From positions 192,001-256,000 of the forward strand of contig CAXXVK010000060.1 in assembly GCA_963676915.2 (NCBI GenBank): a stretch of DNA of 64,000 nucleotides, in the 5' to 3' direction. The notes below the pieces were generated by a model. It worked only from the letters and a program-made list of their open reading frames with translations, ran no database searches and had not been told where the DNA came from. Within the stretch, counting starts at the first letter, position 1. Each line of letters starts with the position of its first letter. Source of the DNA: Myxococcota bacterium (GTDB lineage Bacteria > Myxococcota_A > SURF-8 > G963663525). Below, in pieces: positions 9,658 through 20,758 of this stretch. A program made the position numbers and the translations under genes.

Positions 9658-10188
9658 ATGAAAAGCAAGACCAAACTCTTCTTGTTGCTGGCAGTTGTTG
9701 GGTTGTCTTGGTACAATTGGGATGATATTGACCAATGGATGGAGCAACGGGAAATCTCCGACTGGCAGTCGGAAGGCGATTTGAGAACCTCCTCCCGTAT
9801 CAAACGCCACGCCTGGAAAACCTGGCTGAAACTGAAAAAAGCCATCGAAAACAAACATGCGGAAACGGCCATGATAGACCGTGACCGATTGCTGATGGAT
9901 GCCAGCATCGCGGAAGCGGCGCTGATGTACGACAACGAAGTCGCAAAAGACGAGTATGAGAAGATAAAAGATCAGGAATTTTCCGTCCGGCAGTCTGCCA
10001 AAATTCTTCGGGTGAAAGTTTCGGTGATCAATGAAGCGATCGACGATGGGAAACTGAAAGCTTCGTACAAAAAACGGACTTATCGAGTCAACCGAATCGA
10101 CCTTGCCCGCTTTTGGAACAATATCGTCATCGAAGGGGAAGCGGACAAATATCCGGATGATCTTTCCACCGCGATTTTACAGCAATAA
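9658..10188 (+). CDS. Hypothetical protein: N-terminal signal/TM segment plus excisionase-type (HTH_17-like) domain
   Basis: MKSKTKLFLLLAVVGLSW; FSVRQSAKILRVKVSVINEAIDDGKLKA....TYRVNRIDLARF. Confidence 0.65.
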   Translation: MKSKTKLFLLLAVVGLSWYNWDDIDQWMEQREISDWQSEGDLRTSSRIKRHAWKTWLKLKKAIENKHAETAMIDRDRLLMDASIAEAALMYDNEVAKDEYEKIKDQEFSVRQSAKILRVKVSVINEAIDDGKLKASYKKRTYRVNRIDLARFWNNIVIEGEADKYPDDLSTAILQQ

Positions 10189-10345
10189 CATTTCAGGGTC
10201 TGCACTTGCCTTGACCGCAGTCGGTCGAATAGTGGAAAACTTGAGTCTTCTCCAGTATTTTTTCGAGATAGACCATTGGATGATCGTCTTCCTGCATTAT
10301 CCGATTTCCCATTTAAAGATAAAATATATGAATGAATGTATCTTT

Positions 10346-10645
10346 TGTGAAATGATTGTGGAAAAGAAAAATACCCAGTTAAAAAAGTAAACAAAGTAGC
10401 ACTAACTTTCTTATTTTATTAGGTTTTTTGCCTTTATTTCACTGTTGAAAACCCACTTTCAACGCATTTTGGAAAAATCTTTCCACATTTTTTCCACAGG
10501 GTTACATTCCCACAACTGATTGATCTCTTTTCGAAAATGGCAATAGCTGTCTAAATTTTTTTGCAAATACACACGAAAAATAAATAAGGCTTCTTTGGGG
10601 AATTTCCCTATGGTGAATTTTGGGGAAAACACGTTTTCTGGATAG
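10346..10645. promoter_or_regulatory. Cluster of DnaA-box-like 9-mers in AT-rich intergenic DNA
   Basis: TTTTCCACA at 10357-10365 (minus) and 10490-10498 (plus); one-mismatch boxes at 10443, 10468, 10479 and 10621. Confidence 0.45.
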
Positions 10646-10646
10646 A

Positions 10647-10829
10647 TATAGCCGGTATGATTTGGTTCCAGCGATAGAGAATCCTGGAAACGAAGGGTGA
10701 CACGGTCCAAGCGACGTGAAACGTCAGCTTGCCCGTGGTCGAACGATGATCGTGGGCAACCTGCGGTTCACCCATGCCACCCACAACGAAAAGGGTAAGG
10801 AGCGCTAAAGGCAAAGTATAACGGCTATG
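10647..10829. mobile_element. TATAGC-ended MITE with GTGG-type REP doublet core
   Basis: TATAGCCGGTATGATTTGG ... CAAAGTATAACGGCTATG; nearly colinear with 39338-39517. Confidence 0.8.
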
Positions 10830-10881
10830 GCACTGTCGAAACTCATCCGAACACCGGATATTTCATAAAAATCGTCGCTAG

Positions 10882-11057
10882 CCCGGATAATTCATGAGAA
10901 ATCGTCACGAGACGCCGAAAACCGACGATCTTTCACGGAGTCAGGGCGGTTTTCACCTGCAGTCAAACGGAACAATCTGTCGAGGATGAAAACCGGGAAA
11001 CCGTTGAAATATCAATAGTTTTTAAGTCATAGCAGGTGTTTTATGGTTTTTTCTGGG
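10882..11057. mobile_element. 176-bp MITE copy B (diverged), preceded by a truncated left end at 10853-10877
   Basis: CTAG+CCCGGATAATTCATGAG..CGAGACGCCGAAAACCGA; decayed right TIR. Confidence 0.75.
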
Positions 11058-11081
11058 TTGCAGCACTTTTGGGGCTGACGT

Positions 11082-12182
11082 TCAGGCGACTCCGGCTTCC
11101 TGGGTCGAAGGAGTTTCTTTGCAGAGAATCAGCACTTTGGGCCAGATTTTCTCCAGTGGCAGGACGTGATCGACACCGCCGTGCTTGATGGCTTCATTCG
11201 GCATTCCGAAGACCACGCAGCTTTTTTCATCCTGAGCGACGTTTTTGGCACCGGCATCGTGCATTTCCTTCATGCCCTGTGCGCCGTCGTCGCCCATGCC
11301 CGTCATAATGACGCCTACGGCATTCGATCCGGCATAACGGGAGGCCGAACGAAACAGCACATCGACCGAGGGCCGGTGACGGCTGACCAACGGACCCTCG
11401 CGCACTTCCACGTAATATCGCGCACCACTGCGCTTGAGCAGCGTATGTTTGTTGCCCGGAGCGATCAACACGCGGCCCGGAACGACCGAATCGTTGTTGG
11501 CCGCTTCTTTGACGTTGACCCGGCAGATGCTGTTGAGCCGTTCCGCGAACGACGTCGTGAATTTTTCAGGCATGTGCTGGACGATCACCGTGCCGGGAGC
11601 ATCCACCGGCAGGGCTTCGAGGTAGACTCGCAAGGCTTCGGTGCCTCCGGTGGAGGCTCCGATCACCACCACTTTTTCCGTGGTTTGGATCAAAGCGCGA
11701 CTGTTGGCCTTGGATAGTACGGCGTCTGCCGAAAGCTTTTTCTCGGCACGCAACTGCACCGTAGGAAGAGGTTTGGGGCTGGTCATCGCGGCGGCTTTTA
11801 CGGCATCGCAGATCAGCATCCGGGACTCCTCGATAAACTTTCCTACACCAAGTTTCGGTTTGGTGATGATATCGACCGCTCCCAGTTCCAGGGCTTTGAT
11901 GGCGGTCGCCGCCCCTTTTTCAGTCAGGCTGGAGCACATCACGACCGGGATGGGATGCTGGTGCATCAGTTTCTTGAGAAAGGTCAAGCCGTCCATGCGA
12001 GGCATTTCGACGTCCAGCGTGATGACGTCGGGAACTTCCCTTCGCAATCTCTGCGCTGCAATGTAGGGATCTTGTGCGGTTGCCATGACTTCGATCCGGG
12101 GGTCGCTTTCCAAAACGGCGGTCATCGCTTGTCGTACCACCGCCGAATCGTCGATTACCAGCACTTTGATTTTATCGGGCAT
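11082..12182 (-). CDS. cheB: Chemotaxis methylesterase CheB (REC + methylesterase)
   Basis: [27 protein letters not shown] motifs. Confidence 0.97.
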   Translation of the reverse strand: MPDKIKVLVIDDSAVVRQAMTAVLESDPRIEVMATAQDPYIAAQRLRREVPDVITLDVEMPRMDGLTFLKKLMHQHPIPVVMCSSLTEKGAATAIKALELGAVDIITKPKLGVGKFIEESRMLICDAVKAAAMTSPKPLPTVQLRAEKKLSADAVLSKANSRALIQTTEKVVVIGASTGGTEALRVYLEALPVDAPGTVIVQHMPEKFTTSFAERLNSICRVNVKEAANNDSVVPGRVLIAPGNKHTLLKRSGARYYVEVREGPLVSRHRPSVDVLFRSASRYAGSNAVGVIMTGMGDDGAQGMKEMHDAGAKNVAQDEKSCVVFGMPNEAIKHGGVDHVLPLEKIWPKVLILCKETPSTQEAGVA

Positions 12183-12210
12183 GGGACTTTCTCACGTTCC
12201 AAGGAGTTGA

Positions 12211-13080
12211 TTATAAAGGCTTTCTGTAGACCGTCGGCGCAACCGTTTTGAAATCGCTGCTGACATTCGAAAGGGACTCCGAGTGCCCGAGGAAAAGGTA
12301 TCCGCCCGGCTGAAGCTGATTGTAAAACTTGCGAATCAGCTGCCGTTTCGTTTCGAGATTGAAGTAAATGATCACGTTTCGGCAGAAAATGACGTGCATT
12401 TTCTTTTTGATCCCGAACGAATGATCCATCAGGTTCAGTTGCCCGAAAGTAACCTTGGAGCGAATCTCGGGAAGTACTCTGTAGTATCCTTTGTAGTCCC
12501 CTTTACCGGCCATCAGATATTTGTAGCGATAGTTCGCGGGAATTTGCTGCACGAGATTTTTTGAATAAATGGCCCGTGTGGCCGCTTGCAAGACTTCCAT
12601 CGATATATCCGTGGCGAGAATCGAGTATTCCGATTTCAGCCGAAGCAGGTGATCGTTCAGAACCATCGAGAGGGTATAAGGCTCTTCTCCCGTCGAGCAC
12701 CCCGCGCTCCAGAAACGCAAACTGTCGTACGGTCGCCAAACGCCTTCTTTTTCCAGTGCGGGAAGCACCTGTTCAACAAGAATCCGAAAGTGGTCGTGTT
12801 CCCGGAAAAATTCCGTTTTGTTGGTCGTGATGGCGTCGATCAGCGATCCCAATTCTTGCTCGAATCCCTCTTTGTCCTGCAACAATAGGTAATATTCGTT
12901 GAAAGACTTCAGCCGTAACCGGCGCAAACGTTTGATGATTCGCGAGGCCACCATGGTCTTTTTGCCATCGGCCAGATGAATGCCTGTATGTTCGAAGATT
13001 ACTTCGCGAAACTGCCTGAAAAGGCGATCCGACATCGGCGGGATTCGAAACGATCCCGAATCTTCCGTAGTTCCAACCAT
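12211..13080 (-). CDS. cheR: Chemotaxis methyltransferase CheR
   Basis: TTNKTEFFRE, WSAGCSTGEEPY, IFCRNVIIYF, LFLGHSE. Confidence 0.97.
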   Translation of the reverse strand: MVGTTEDSGSFRIPPMSDRLFRQFREVIFEHTGIHLADGKKTMVASRIIKRLRRLRLKSFNEYYLLLQDKEGFEQELGSLIDAITTNKTEFFREHDHFRILVEQVLPALEKEGVWRPYDSLRFWSAGCSTGEEPYTLSMVLNDHLLRLKSEYSILATDISMEVLQAATRAIYSKNLVQQIPANYRYKYLMAGKGDYKGYYRVLPEIRSKVTFGQLNLMDHSFGIKKKMHVIFCRNVIIYFNLETKRQLIRKFYNQLQPGGYLFLGHSESLSNVSSDFKTVAPTVYRKPL

Positions 13081-13180
13081 GGCTCGATCCTTTTTTTGCG
13101 GTCATTCAAGAACCGCCGAATCCTTCAAACGACTCGGAGCTTTTCCGTCGTCCGGTTTTTCGGCGTGGACTCTCTTCCGG

Positions 13181-13735
13181 TCATGCCGGCGGCTGCTGCT
13201 CCGTGGAGGTCGTTTCGACCTCTTCCGTTACGAGATCCGCCGACTGTTCGAGGACTTCCAGCTCTTCCAGCGACAGAACCTTGTCGATGTCGAGGATGAT
13301 CACGAAGCCGCTTTCACGCTTGCCCATTCCTTTGATGAACTCGGTTTTCAGCTTGGAACCCAGCTTCGGGGGAGGACCGATCAGGCTTTGATCGATATCC
13401 ACCACTTCGCTGACCGAATCCGCCAGAGCACCCACTTGCAGGCTGTCGCCGTTGATGTTGAGTTCGACGATCACGATGCAGGTGTCCGAGGTGCGTTGAA
13501 TCGCGTCCATCCCGAGATTCTGCCGCAGATCGATCACCGGGACGACATTGCCGCGCAGGTTGATCACACCGCGTAAAAAGTCGGGCGTACGGGGAACCTT
13601 GGTAATGTGCGTGAAATCGAGCACTTCACGAACTTTTGAGATTTCCAGGGCGAAGTCTTCCTCGCCCAGACGAAAAGTCAGGAATTGATTGACCAGGTTC
13701 GTGGAATCGTTTTGGATTTCCATTTTTTCCTCCAT
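13181..13735 (-). CDS. cheW: Chemotaxis adaptor CheW
   Basis: FLTFRLGEE.FAL, GVINLRGNVVPVIDLR. Confidence 0.96.
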   Translation of the reverse strand: MEEKMEIQNDSTNLVNQFLTFRLGEEDFALEISKVREVLDFTHITKVPRTPDFLRGVINLRGNVVPVIDLRQNLGMDAIQRTSDTCIVIVELNINGDSLQVGALADSVSEVVDIDQSLIGPPPKLGSKLKTEFIKGMGKRESGFVIILDIDKVLSLEELEVLEQSADLVTEEVETTSTEQQPPA

Positions 13736-13750
13736 TGACGTTGAAAAGGG

Positions 13751-15796
13751 TCAATATCGTTCGAAATTATCGTCCGAAACATCCGGATCGGTTTCGAGAT
13801 GAAGTTGTATGCCTTTGCCTTTGTTTTGGCCGTTTGCCTTGTTTGATGCGTAGGTTTTGTGCTCAATATGAGCGACTTTCTTTGGTTGTCGCTGCTTCGG
13901 GTTCTCATCGTCGTAATAAAGATGGTGATGGTCCAACTTGAAGAAAGCCACCTGCTCGTTCATGCTGATCGCCTGGCTCGATAATTCTTCACTGGTGGCG
14001 GCCATTTCTTCGGTGGCGGAAGCGTTTTGTTGGATCACCTGGTCGAGTTGATGAATCGCTTTCGTCACCTGCTCGATACCATTGGCCTGTTCGTTACTAC
14101 TTGCGTTGATTTCCTTCACGAGGTCTGAGGTTTTCTGGATCACCGGCACGATTTCGCCGAGCAGGGCACCGGCTTTTTCGGAGATCTCTACACTGGACAC
14201 CGACAACTCGCCGATTTCCTTGGCGGCGCTTTGGCTGCGTTCAGCCAGCTTGCGGACCTCGGCGGCTACCACGGCAAATCCCTTGCCATGCTCTCCGGCG
14301 CGGGCGGCTTCGATGGCGGCGTTCAACGCCAGCATGTTGGTCTGTCGGGCGATCTCTTCGATAATGTTGATCTTCTCGGCGATACTTTTCATGGCATTGA
14401 CGGTTTGAGACACCGCCGCACCACCTTCTTCGGCATCCTCAGCCGCCTTCTGGGCAATAGAAGCCGTTTGCTGGGCGTTATCGGCATTTTGCTTGACTGT
14501 GGAACTCATTTGTTCCATCGAACTGGAGACTTCCTCGACGTTCGATGCCTGTTCGGAAGCACCTTGGGCCATCTGTTGTGAAGAAGAATTGACCTGTTCG
14601 GAGCCGACTGAAACCTGTCCTGCTGCGTTTTGAACCTCGGTGACCACTCTTGTCAGGTTGCCTACCATGACCTTTAAGGAGTTGGCGAGATCTCCGATTT
14701 CGTCGCGCTTGTCGATATCGATTTTGACCTTCAGGTCACCGTTGGCGATTCTATCGGCAATTTGCGATAAGCTGTTGATAGGACGGGAAAATCCACGAGC
14801 CGCGAACAGTGCAAAACCGGTAATCAACAACGATATCACGACCAGCAATAAAATGACGTCGTTGCGCATGGCATACAGCGGAGCCAGCGCTTCGGCCTCG
14901 TCGATCTCCGAAAGAATCACCCAGTCCACGCCTTTGATATCGACTTTGGTAAAAGCTCCATACACCGGAATCCCCCTGTAATCGGGATACAACTCGGTGT
15001 CACTGAAACCTTTCATCGCTTTTTCGACGCCGGCGGTCTGGATTTTCTTCTTCAAGATGGTGCTGTCCTGTTCGAAACGACTATCCGAGCGCATCTTGTA
15101 GTCCGCGCCCACAAGATAGGTTTCTCCCGACTCTCCCATTCCTGTTTTTTCCTGCATGATTTCGTTGATTGCACCGATCGGCATTTGTAAGGCAACCGCG
15201 CCAAGAACTCTGTCATTTTTCAGAATGGGAGCAGCGATAAACGATGCAGCCACACCGTTGCTTGGAGCGTAGGATTCGAAATCCGTCAGTAGGATTTCAC
15301 CGGACATGGCATTTTTAAATGTCTTGGCCAATCCACTGCCACGATACTGACCTTTTAACAGGTTGCTCGCAAAATCGGCCTCGTGCTCGACCGTAAACAC
15401 CACATCGCCTTCGGCAGTGATCAGAAACAGGTCATAGTACCCGTATTCTTTCTCGTAATGAGAGAGCAGGTCTTTAAAGGTGGTATCGGCTTTTTGATAC
15501 AGTTCCCCTTCAACTCCACCGTTTTTGAAAGCATGTTCATACGTTTGTAGGGCTTCGGAAATATCGTGAAATGCAGCAAGTACGGTAACGTCGCCGTAGC
15601 GTTCTTCAAACCAGCTTTCGATTTGATGCCTTTTGATTGTCATAATCGCTTCGAGCTTGCTTTTAACATCGTCATCGATGGTCTTGCTTGTTTGCAGGTA
15701 GTTCGAGGTAGACGCCAACAGCATCGGGATCAATCCGACCAGTAGGAACATCAGGATCAGTTTCGGGCCGATCTTCAAATTGCGAATGAGATTCAT
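13751..15796 (-). CDS. Methyl-accepting chemotaxis protein, dCache-type sensor
   Basis: Two TM helices, [28 protein letters not shown], signalling domain; C-terminus NFERY. Confidence 0.95.
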   Translation of the reverse strand: MNLIRNLKIGPKLILMFLLVGLIPMLLASTSNYLQTSKTIDDDVKSKLEAIMTIKRHQIESWFEERYGDVTVLAAFHDISEALQTYEHAFKNGGVEGELYQKADTTFKDLLSHYEKEYGYYDLFLITAEGDVVFTVEHEADFASNLLKGQYRGSGLAKTFKNAMSGEILLTDFESYAPSNGVAASFIAAPILKNDRVLGAVALQMPIGAINEIMQEKTGMGESGETYLVGADYKMRSDSRFEQDSTILKKKIQTAGVEKAMKGFSDTELYPDYRGIPVYGAFTKVDIKGVDWVILSEIDEAEALAPLYAMRNDVILLLVVISLLITGFALFAARGFSRPINSLSQIADRIANGDLKVKIDIDKRDEIGDLANSLKVMVGNLTRVVTEVQNAAGQVSVGSEQVNSSSQQMAQGASEQASNVEEVSSSMEQMSSTVKQNADNAQQTASIAQKAAEDAEEGGAAVSQTVNAMKSIAEKINIIEEIARQTNMLALNAAIEAARAGEHGKGFAVVAAEVRKLAERSQSAAKEIGELSVSSVEISEKAGALLGEIVPVIQKTSDLVKEINASSNEQANGIEQVTKAIHQLDQVIQQNASATEEMAATSEELSSQAISMNEQVAFFKLDHHHLYYDDENPKQRQPKKVAHIEHKTYASNKANGQNKGKGIQLHLETDPDVSDDNFERY

Positions 15797-15900
15797 GGTT
15801 TTTTCTCCTTTTGTGTTTTCAGGCTGTTGAAGAACGCCATAACCTCTGATGTCAAAAAATCGCTACTGACGCTAACGTTCCACCTTCCCCTATTTTGTTC

Positions 15901-15924
15901 GCGGACCGCCCCTTGACGGTCCGC
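15901..15924. repeat. Short inter-MCP hairpin
   Basis: GCGGACCG-CCCCTTGA-CGGTCCGC; resembles the hairpins at 18326 and 41031. Confidence 0.45.
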
Positions 15925-15933
15925 TCCCTTCCA

Positions 15934-18039
15934 TCACATCCTTTCGAAATCATGATCCGAAATGTCCGGATCGTTCGAGAAGTCCAGGTTCAAGCCCTGG
16001 GTTTTTCTATTGCCATTGCTTTTTCGAGCAACCGATTCGATCTTTTTCGTGGGTTTGATCACGGAGTCGCTCATTTGCATGGAGTGAGATCCCAGACCCA
16101 GCTTGAAGAACGAAACCTGATCGTTCATGTTGACCGCCTGCCCGGAGAGTTCCTCGCTGGTGGCGGCCATTTCTTCGGTGGCGGAAGCATTTTGCTGGAT
16201 CACCTGATCGAGTTGATGAATGGCCTGCGTTACCTGCTCGATGCCGTTGGCCTGTTCGTTGCTGCTGGCATTGATTTCGCGCACCAGATCGGAGGTTTTC
16301 TGGATCACGGGCACGATTTCACTGAGTAAAGCCCCTGCCTTTTCGGAAATTTCCACGCTGGAGACCGATAACTCGCCGATTTCCTTGGCGGCGCTCTGGC
16401 TGCGTTCAGCCAGCTTGCGGACCTCGGCGGCTACCACGGCAAACCCTTTTCCGTGTTCTCCGGCGCGGGCGGCTTCGATGGCGGCATTTAGCGCCAGCAT
16501 ATTGGTTTGTCGAGCGATCTCTTCGATGATGTTGATTTTCTCGGCGATGCTCTTCATGGCATCGACGGTCTGTGTCACCGCCGCTCCACCTTCTTCGGCA
16601 TCCTCGGCGGCTTTCGAAGCGATGGAAGCGGTTTGCTGAGCGTTATCGGCATTTTGCTTGACCGTCGCACTCATTTCCTCCATCGAGCTGGTGACTTCCT
16701 CCACGTTGGCGGCCTGCTCGGAGGCACCTTGCGCCATTTGCTGCGAGGACGAATTGACCTGCTCGGAACCGACGGCAACCTGGTTGGCGGCGTTTTGTAC
16801 ACCCGTGACGACTTTGGTCAGGTTTTCCACCATATCTTTGAGAGAAATCGACAGCCGGTCCGCCTCGGAACGAGGATTGATGGCGACCGTCAGATTGCCC
16901 TGGGCGACATCTTCGACGAGATCGGCCATGGCACGCTGGGCTTCCACCATGTCTCGGAATGAATCGGCCAACTCGCCGATTTCGTCTTTGCTGTTGACTG
17001 CGATGGTCAGATTCATATCGCCGACGGCCAGTTCCTTGGAGGCATGGACCATGGTGCTCAGCGGGTTGACGATCGCCCGGCTGATGCGGAACGATAGGAA
17101 AACCCCGACAATCAACGCCACCAACGCGGCGACGAGGCTGATTGTGATGGACCGCTCGTTTTCACTCAGCATCTGAGGGCCAAGAATATCTTGCTGGTTT
17201 TTGTTGGCAAGTTTGACTTCTTCGGCCAGCGAAGCCATTTTCGGACCCAAGGTGTCCATGGTATAGGCCACGATCTTATTGCGGTCGAAAATGGTTTTTG
17301 CCAATGCAGTAAAGGCCGCTTCGTATTTTTCTTTATCTTTCATCACACTAGCCAGGTGCTCCCGGCGGTCGCGGTTTTGCAACTCGTCGTCCAATACTTT
17401 CAGGTACTTATGGAATTCACTCAGCTCTTTTTCCACCCGTGTAACGTGGCTTTGCTCGTTGTTTTCGAGGAACTTGATGACGTACAGCCGAGCCAACAAC
17501 AGGTTTCGCAGTCCGAGACTGGCGTTGTATGCTGCCAGCATATCGTTGTCCCGTTTTGCCGTGGTGATGATGTCGGTCAGGTTCCGTTCCATTTTCGGAC
17601 CGGCGACGTTCAGCACCTCTTCCTCCAGCTGGCGACGCTTTTCTTGTTTCTCCACGACCTGATGAAAAGCATTGTCGTACGTTTTGGAATCTCCCTGCAT
17701 GGTCAACAGTTTGTTCTTTCGTTCCCCTTCTTTTTGTTCTTCGAGAGCGGTGGCCACGAAATTCTCTACTTGGCTCCAACGTTCCTCGTATTTTTGCTTT
17801 GCTTCGTCGGTTCCGGTGATGAGGAAGTTTTTCACCTCCATCCGTGCTTCGAGAAGGTTGGCTTGAATCCTCCCCATCAGGTTCGTACTGCGGGCGACAC
17901 CTCGATAGGTTGTGAATCCGGTACACGCATTGGACAACGAGAAACTACCCACGGCGGCGATGATGATCAGCAGCCCGATCACGATGCCGAAACCGGTACG
18001 GATTTTCGATGCAACAGACATGTTGTTGAAATTGAACAT
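15934..18039 (-). CDS. Methyl-accepting chemotaxis protein, all-helical (HBM-like) sensor
   Basis: TM-helical periplasmic domain-TM-HAMP-signalling domain; C-terminus DFERM. Confidence 0.95.
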   Translation of the reverse strand: MFNFNNMSVASKIRTGFGIVIGLLIIIAAVGSFSLSNACTGFTTYRGVARSTNLMGRIQANLLEARMEVKNFLITGTDEAKQKYEERWSQVENFVATALEEQKEGERKNKLLTMQGDSKTYDNAFHQVVEKQEKRRQLEEEVLNVAGPKMERNLTDIITTAKRDNDMLAAYNASLGLRNLLLARLYVIKFLENNEQSHVTRVEKELSEFHKYLKVLDDELQNRDRREHLASVMKDKEKYEAAFTALAKTIFDRNKIVAYTMDTLGPKMASLAEEVKLANKNQQDILGPQMLSENERSITISLVAALVALIVGVFLSFRISRAIVNPLSTMVHASKELAVGDMNLTIAVNSKDEIGELADSFRDMVEAQRAMADLVEDVAQGNLTVAINPRSEADRLSISLKDMVENLTKVVTGVQNAANQVAVGSEQVNSSSQQMAQGASEQAANVEEVTSSMEEMSATVKQNADNAQQTASIASKAAEDAEEGGAAVTQTVDAMKSIAEKINIIEEIARQTNMLALNAAIEAARAGEHGKGFAVVAAEVRKLAERSQSAAKEIGELSVSSVEISEKAGALLSEIVPVIQKTSDLVREINASSNEQANGIEQVTQAIHQLDQVIQQNASATEEMAATSEELSGQAVNMNDQVSFFKLGLGSHSMQMSDSVIKPTKKIESVARKSNGNRKTQGLNLDFSNDPDISDHDFERM

Positions 18040-18325
18040 GATTTTTACCTTTCTGCTAAAATTGCGGTGAAGTAGCGGAAGGGACTTTCTGTTGCATGAA
18101 AATCTTGGGAGTTTATTCTTAGAACATCCCTGTCCTTTAAAGAATGCGTTGACTTTTCAACCGTTTTGTTCCCCCCAAATGTCTCGGACTCTCAGTGCTT
18201 CTATCCTTGAAGCGTCGTGCGTCTCCTTTCCTGGTTTTGACCTTCGAAATTTTCCAAATTCCGTTCACTGTTGTTGAATGCATTGGTGTTGATTTCCGCA
18301 TGTTGTTTCTGTGATGTCGTTTCGT

Positions 18326-18348
18326 GAACCGCCCTTAAAGGGCGGTTC
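18326..18348. repeat. Short inter-MCP hairpin
   Basis: GAACCGCCC-TTAAA-GGGCGGTTC just after the MCP stop codon. Confidence 0.5.
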
Positions 18349-18355
18349 GTATGTC

Positions 18356-20572
18356 TTAAATCCTTTCGAAATCGTCGTCCGAAATATCCGGATCGTTCCC
18401 AAGATCGAGTCTCAATCCATGTTTTGGGTCTTTGAGGGATTTTGACCCGTTGGTTTTTGCTGGAGTAACCGTTGTATTCGATGCCCTGAAGGCTTGATGC
18501 GATCTGCCGTTCGACAGTTTGAAGAACGCCACCTGCTCGTTCATACTGATGGCCTGACTGGACAATTCCTCGCTGGTAGCGGCCATTTCTTCGGTCGAAG
18601 CGGCGCTTTGCTGGATCACCTGGTCCAGCTCGTGGATGGCCTGGGTTACCTGTTCGATACCGTTGGCCTGTTCGTTGCTGCTGGCGTTGATTTCACGTAC
18701 GAGATCGGAGGTTTTCTGGATCACCGGCACGATCTCTCGTAGCAATCCGCCCGCCTTTTCGGCGATTCCCACGCTGCTTTCGGAAAGTTCGCCGATCTCT
18801 TTCGCGGCAGTCTGGCTACGCTCGGCCAGCTTGCGGACTTCGGCGGCCACCACGGCGAACCCTTTGCCGTGCTCCCCGGCGCGGGCGGCTTCGATAGCGG
18901 CGTTCAACGCCAGCATATTGGTCTGGCGGGCGATCTCTTCGATAATATTGATCTTTTCGGCGATGCTTTTCATCGCTTCGACGGTCTGCGTTACCGCCGT
19001 GCCGCCTTCCTCGGCATCCTCGGCCGCTTTCGAGGCGATGGACGCGGTTTGCTGGGCGTTGTCGGCATTTTGCTTGACGGTGGCGCTCATTTCCTCCATC
19101 GAACTGGAAACCTCTTCCACGTTCGATGCCTGTTCCGAAGCGCCTTGCGCCATGGACTGCGAGGACGAATTGACCTGCTCGGAACCCACCGCCACCTGAT
19201 TGGCCGCCCCCTGGACTTCGGTCACGACCTTGATCAGGTTGAGCACCATGTCATTGAGGGAAATGGCCAGCATATCGGATTGGGAACGGGGCTTGATGTC
19301 TACCGTAAGGTTACCCTGGGCCACCTGTTCCACAAGATCGGCCATCGCCCGCTGAGCTTCCACCATTTCCTGCAAAGAGAACGCAAGTTCGTCTTTGTTC
19401 GAACGAGCTTGGACGTCATGTGACAAATCCCCTTTGGCTACATCGCTGACGAGATTCGTCATTTTCCGCTGGGCTTCCACCATGTCCCTGAACGATTCGG
19501 CCAACTCGCCGATTTCATCCTTGCTTTTGAAGTCGATCTTTAAATTCACGTCGCCGACGGCCAGTTCCTTGGAGGCTCCGACCATGGCAATCAGGGGATC
19601 GACAATCGCCCGGCTGATACGAATGGAAAGGAAGATACCAACGATGAGAGCCACGATGGCTGCAATAACACTGACAATGATGGAACGTTCGTTTTCCGCC
19701 ACCAGCTTCGGACCTAAAACATCCTGCTCGTTTTGGTTGGCGAGCTTGATTTCCTCAGCCAGTGAGGCCATGCCCGGTCCCAGAACGTCCAACGTGCTGG
19801 TAACGATTTCATTGCGTTTGATAATAGTTTCTGCGACCGAATCGAAAGCGTTTCGGTATTTTTCCTGGTTCTGGCTTACAGATGCCAAGTGTTCCCGGCG
19901 GTCGCGATTTTGCAGTTCGCTGTCCAGCACCTTTAAATAAGATTCGAATTGGCCCAGTTCTTTACCGACACGGTCGACGTGGCTTTGTGCGTTATCTTCC
20001 AGGAATTTAACAACATACAGTCGTGCCAGTAGAAGGTTCCGCATGGCGAGACTTGCGTTATAGGCCGCCGTCATATCGTGATCGCGATTGGCCGTAGTGA
20101 TGATGTCCGTCAAGTCGCGTTCCATCTCGGGACCGACAACGTTCAATACTTCATCTACCAGGTGATGGCGCTTGTCTTGTTTGACAACGATTTGCTCGAA
20201 GGCATTGTCATAGTTTTTCGCGTTTTTATCCATCTCCAGAAGCTTGTTTTTGCGCTCCCCTTCATGTTGATTTTCAGTAGCCGTTGTAATGAACTCTTCT
20301 ACCTTGGCCCAACGCTCTTCAAACTTCTGCTTCGCTTCGTCGGTTCCGGTTATGAGGTAGTTTTTCACCTCCATCCGGGCTTCGAGGAGATTGGCTTGAA
20401 TCCTCCCCATCAAATTCGTGCTGCGCGCAATGTTCCGGTAGGTTCCGAAACCCTCCGAGGCGTTGGATAACGCCAGGCTGGCGACAGCGGCGACGATGAT
20501 CAGCAAGCCGATCACAATGCCGAAACCGAACCGAATTTTGGACGCAACTTTCATGTTCTTGAAATCCACCAT
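18356..20572 (-). CDS. Methyl-accepting chemotaxis protein, HBM-like sensor; paralog of 15934-18039 with an extra HAMP-like unit
   Basis: Shared [23 protein letters not shown]; duplicated MVEAQR segment; C-terminus DFERI. Confidence 0.95.
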   Translation of the reverse strand: MVDFKNMKVASKIRFGFGIVIGLLIIVAAVASLALSNASEGFGTYRNIARSTNLMGRIQANLLEARMEVKNYLITGTDEAKQKFEERWAKVEEFITTATENQHEGERKNKLLEMDKNAKNYDNAFEQIVVKQDKRHHLVDEVLNVVGPEMERDLTDIITTANRDHDMTAAYNASLAMRNLLLARLYVVKFLEDNAQSHVDRVGKELGQFESYLKVLDSELQNRDRREHLASVSQNQEKYRNAFDSVAETIIKRNEIVTSTLDVLGPGMASLAEEIKLANQNEQDVLGPKLVAENERSIIVSVIAAIVALIVGIFLSIRISRAIVDPLIAMVGASKELAVGDVNLKIDFKSKDEIGELAESFRDMVEAQRKMTNLVSDVAKGDLSHDVQARSNKDELAFSLQEMVEAQRAMADLVEQVAQGNLTVDIKPRSQSDMLAISLNDMVLNLIKVVTEVQGAANQVAVGSEQVNSSSQSMAQGASEQASNVEEVSSSMEEMSATVKQNADNAQQTASIASKAAEDAEEGGTAVTQTVEAMKSIAEKINIIEEIARQTNMLALNAAIEAARAGEHGKGFAVVAAEVRKLAERSQTAAKEIGELSESSVGIAEKAGGLLREIVPVIQKTSDLVREINASSNEQANGIEQVTQAIHELDQVIQQSAASTEEMAATSEELSSQAISMNEQVAFFKLSNGRSHQAFRASNTTVTPAKTNGSKSLKDPKHGLRLDLGNDPDISDDDFERI

Positions 20573-20758
20573 TTTTTCTCACCTTTCCTACGGATTATGG
20601 TACTTATCGCGAGAAAGACTTGAATCACTTCAAAGTGCACTTTCAATGGCTATCGCTTCCGCTTTTGCCCTTCTCTCCTCCTAAAAATCATTCATCAAGA
20701 AGGACGTTCCCCTCGGAAAAAGTAAAAACAGGTGAGGGGAACATCCGAATAGGTTGGC

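Noticed and set aside
10346-10645. oriC
   Set aside because: No dnaA, dnaN or gidA nearby, and genes to the right are oriented toward the site; kept only as a box cluster.
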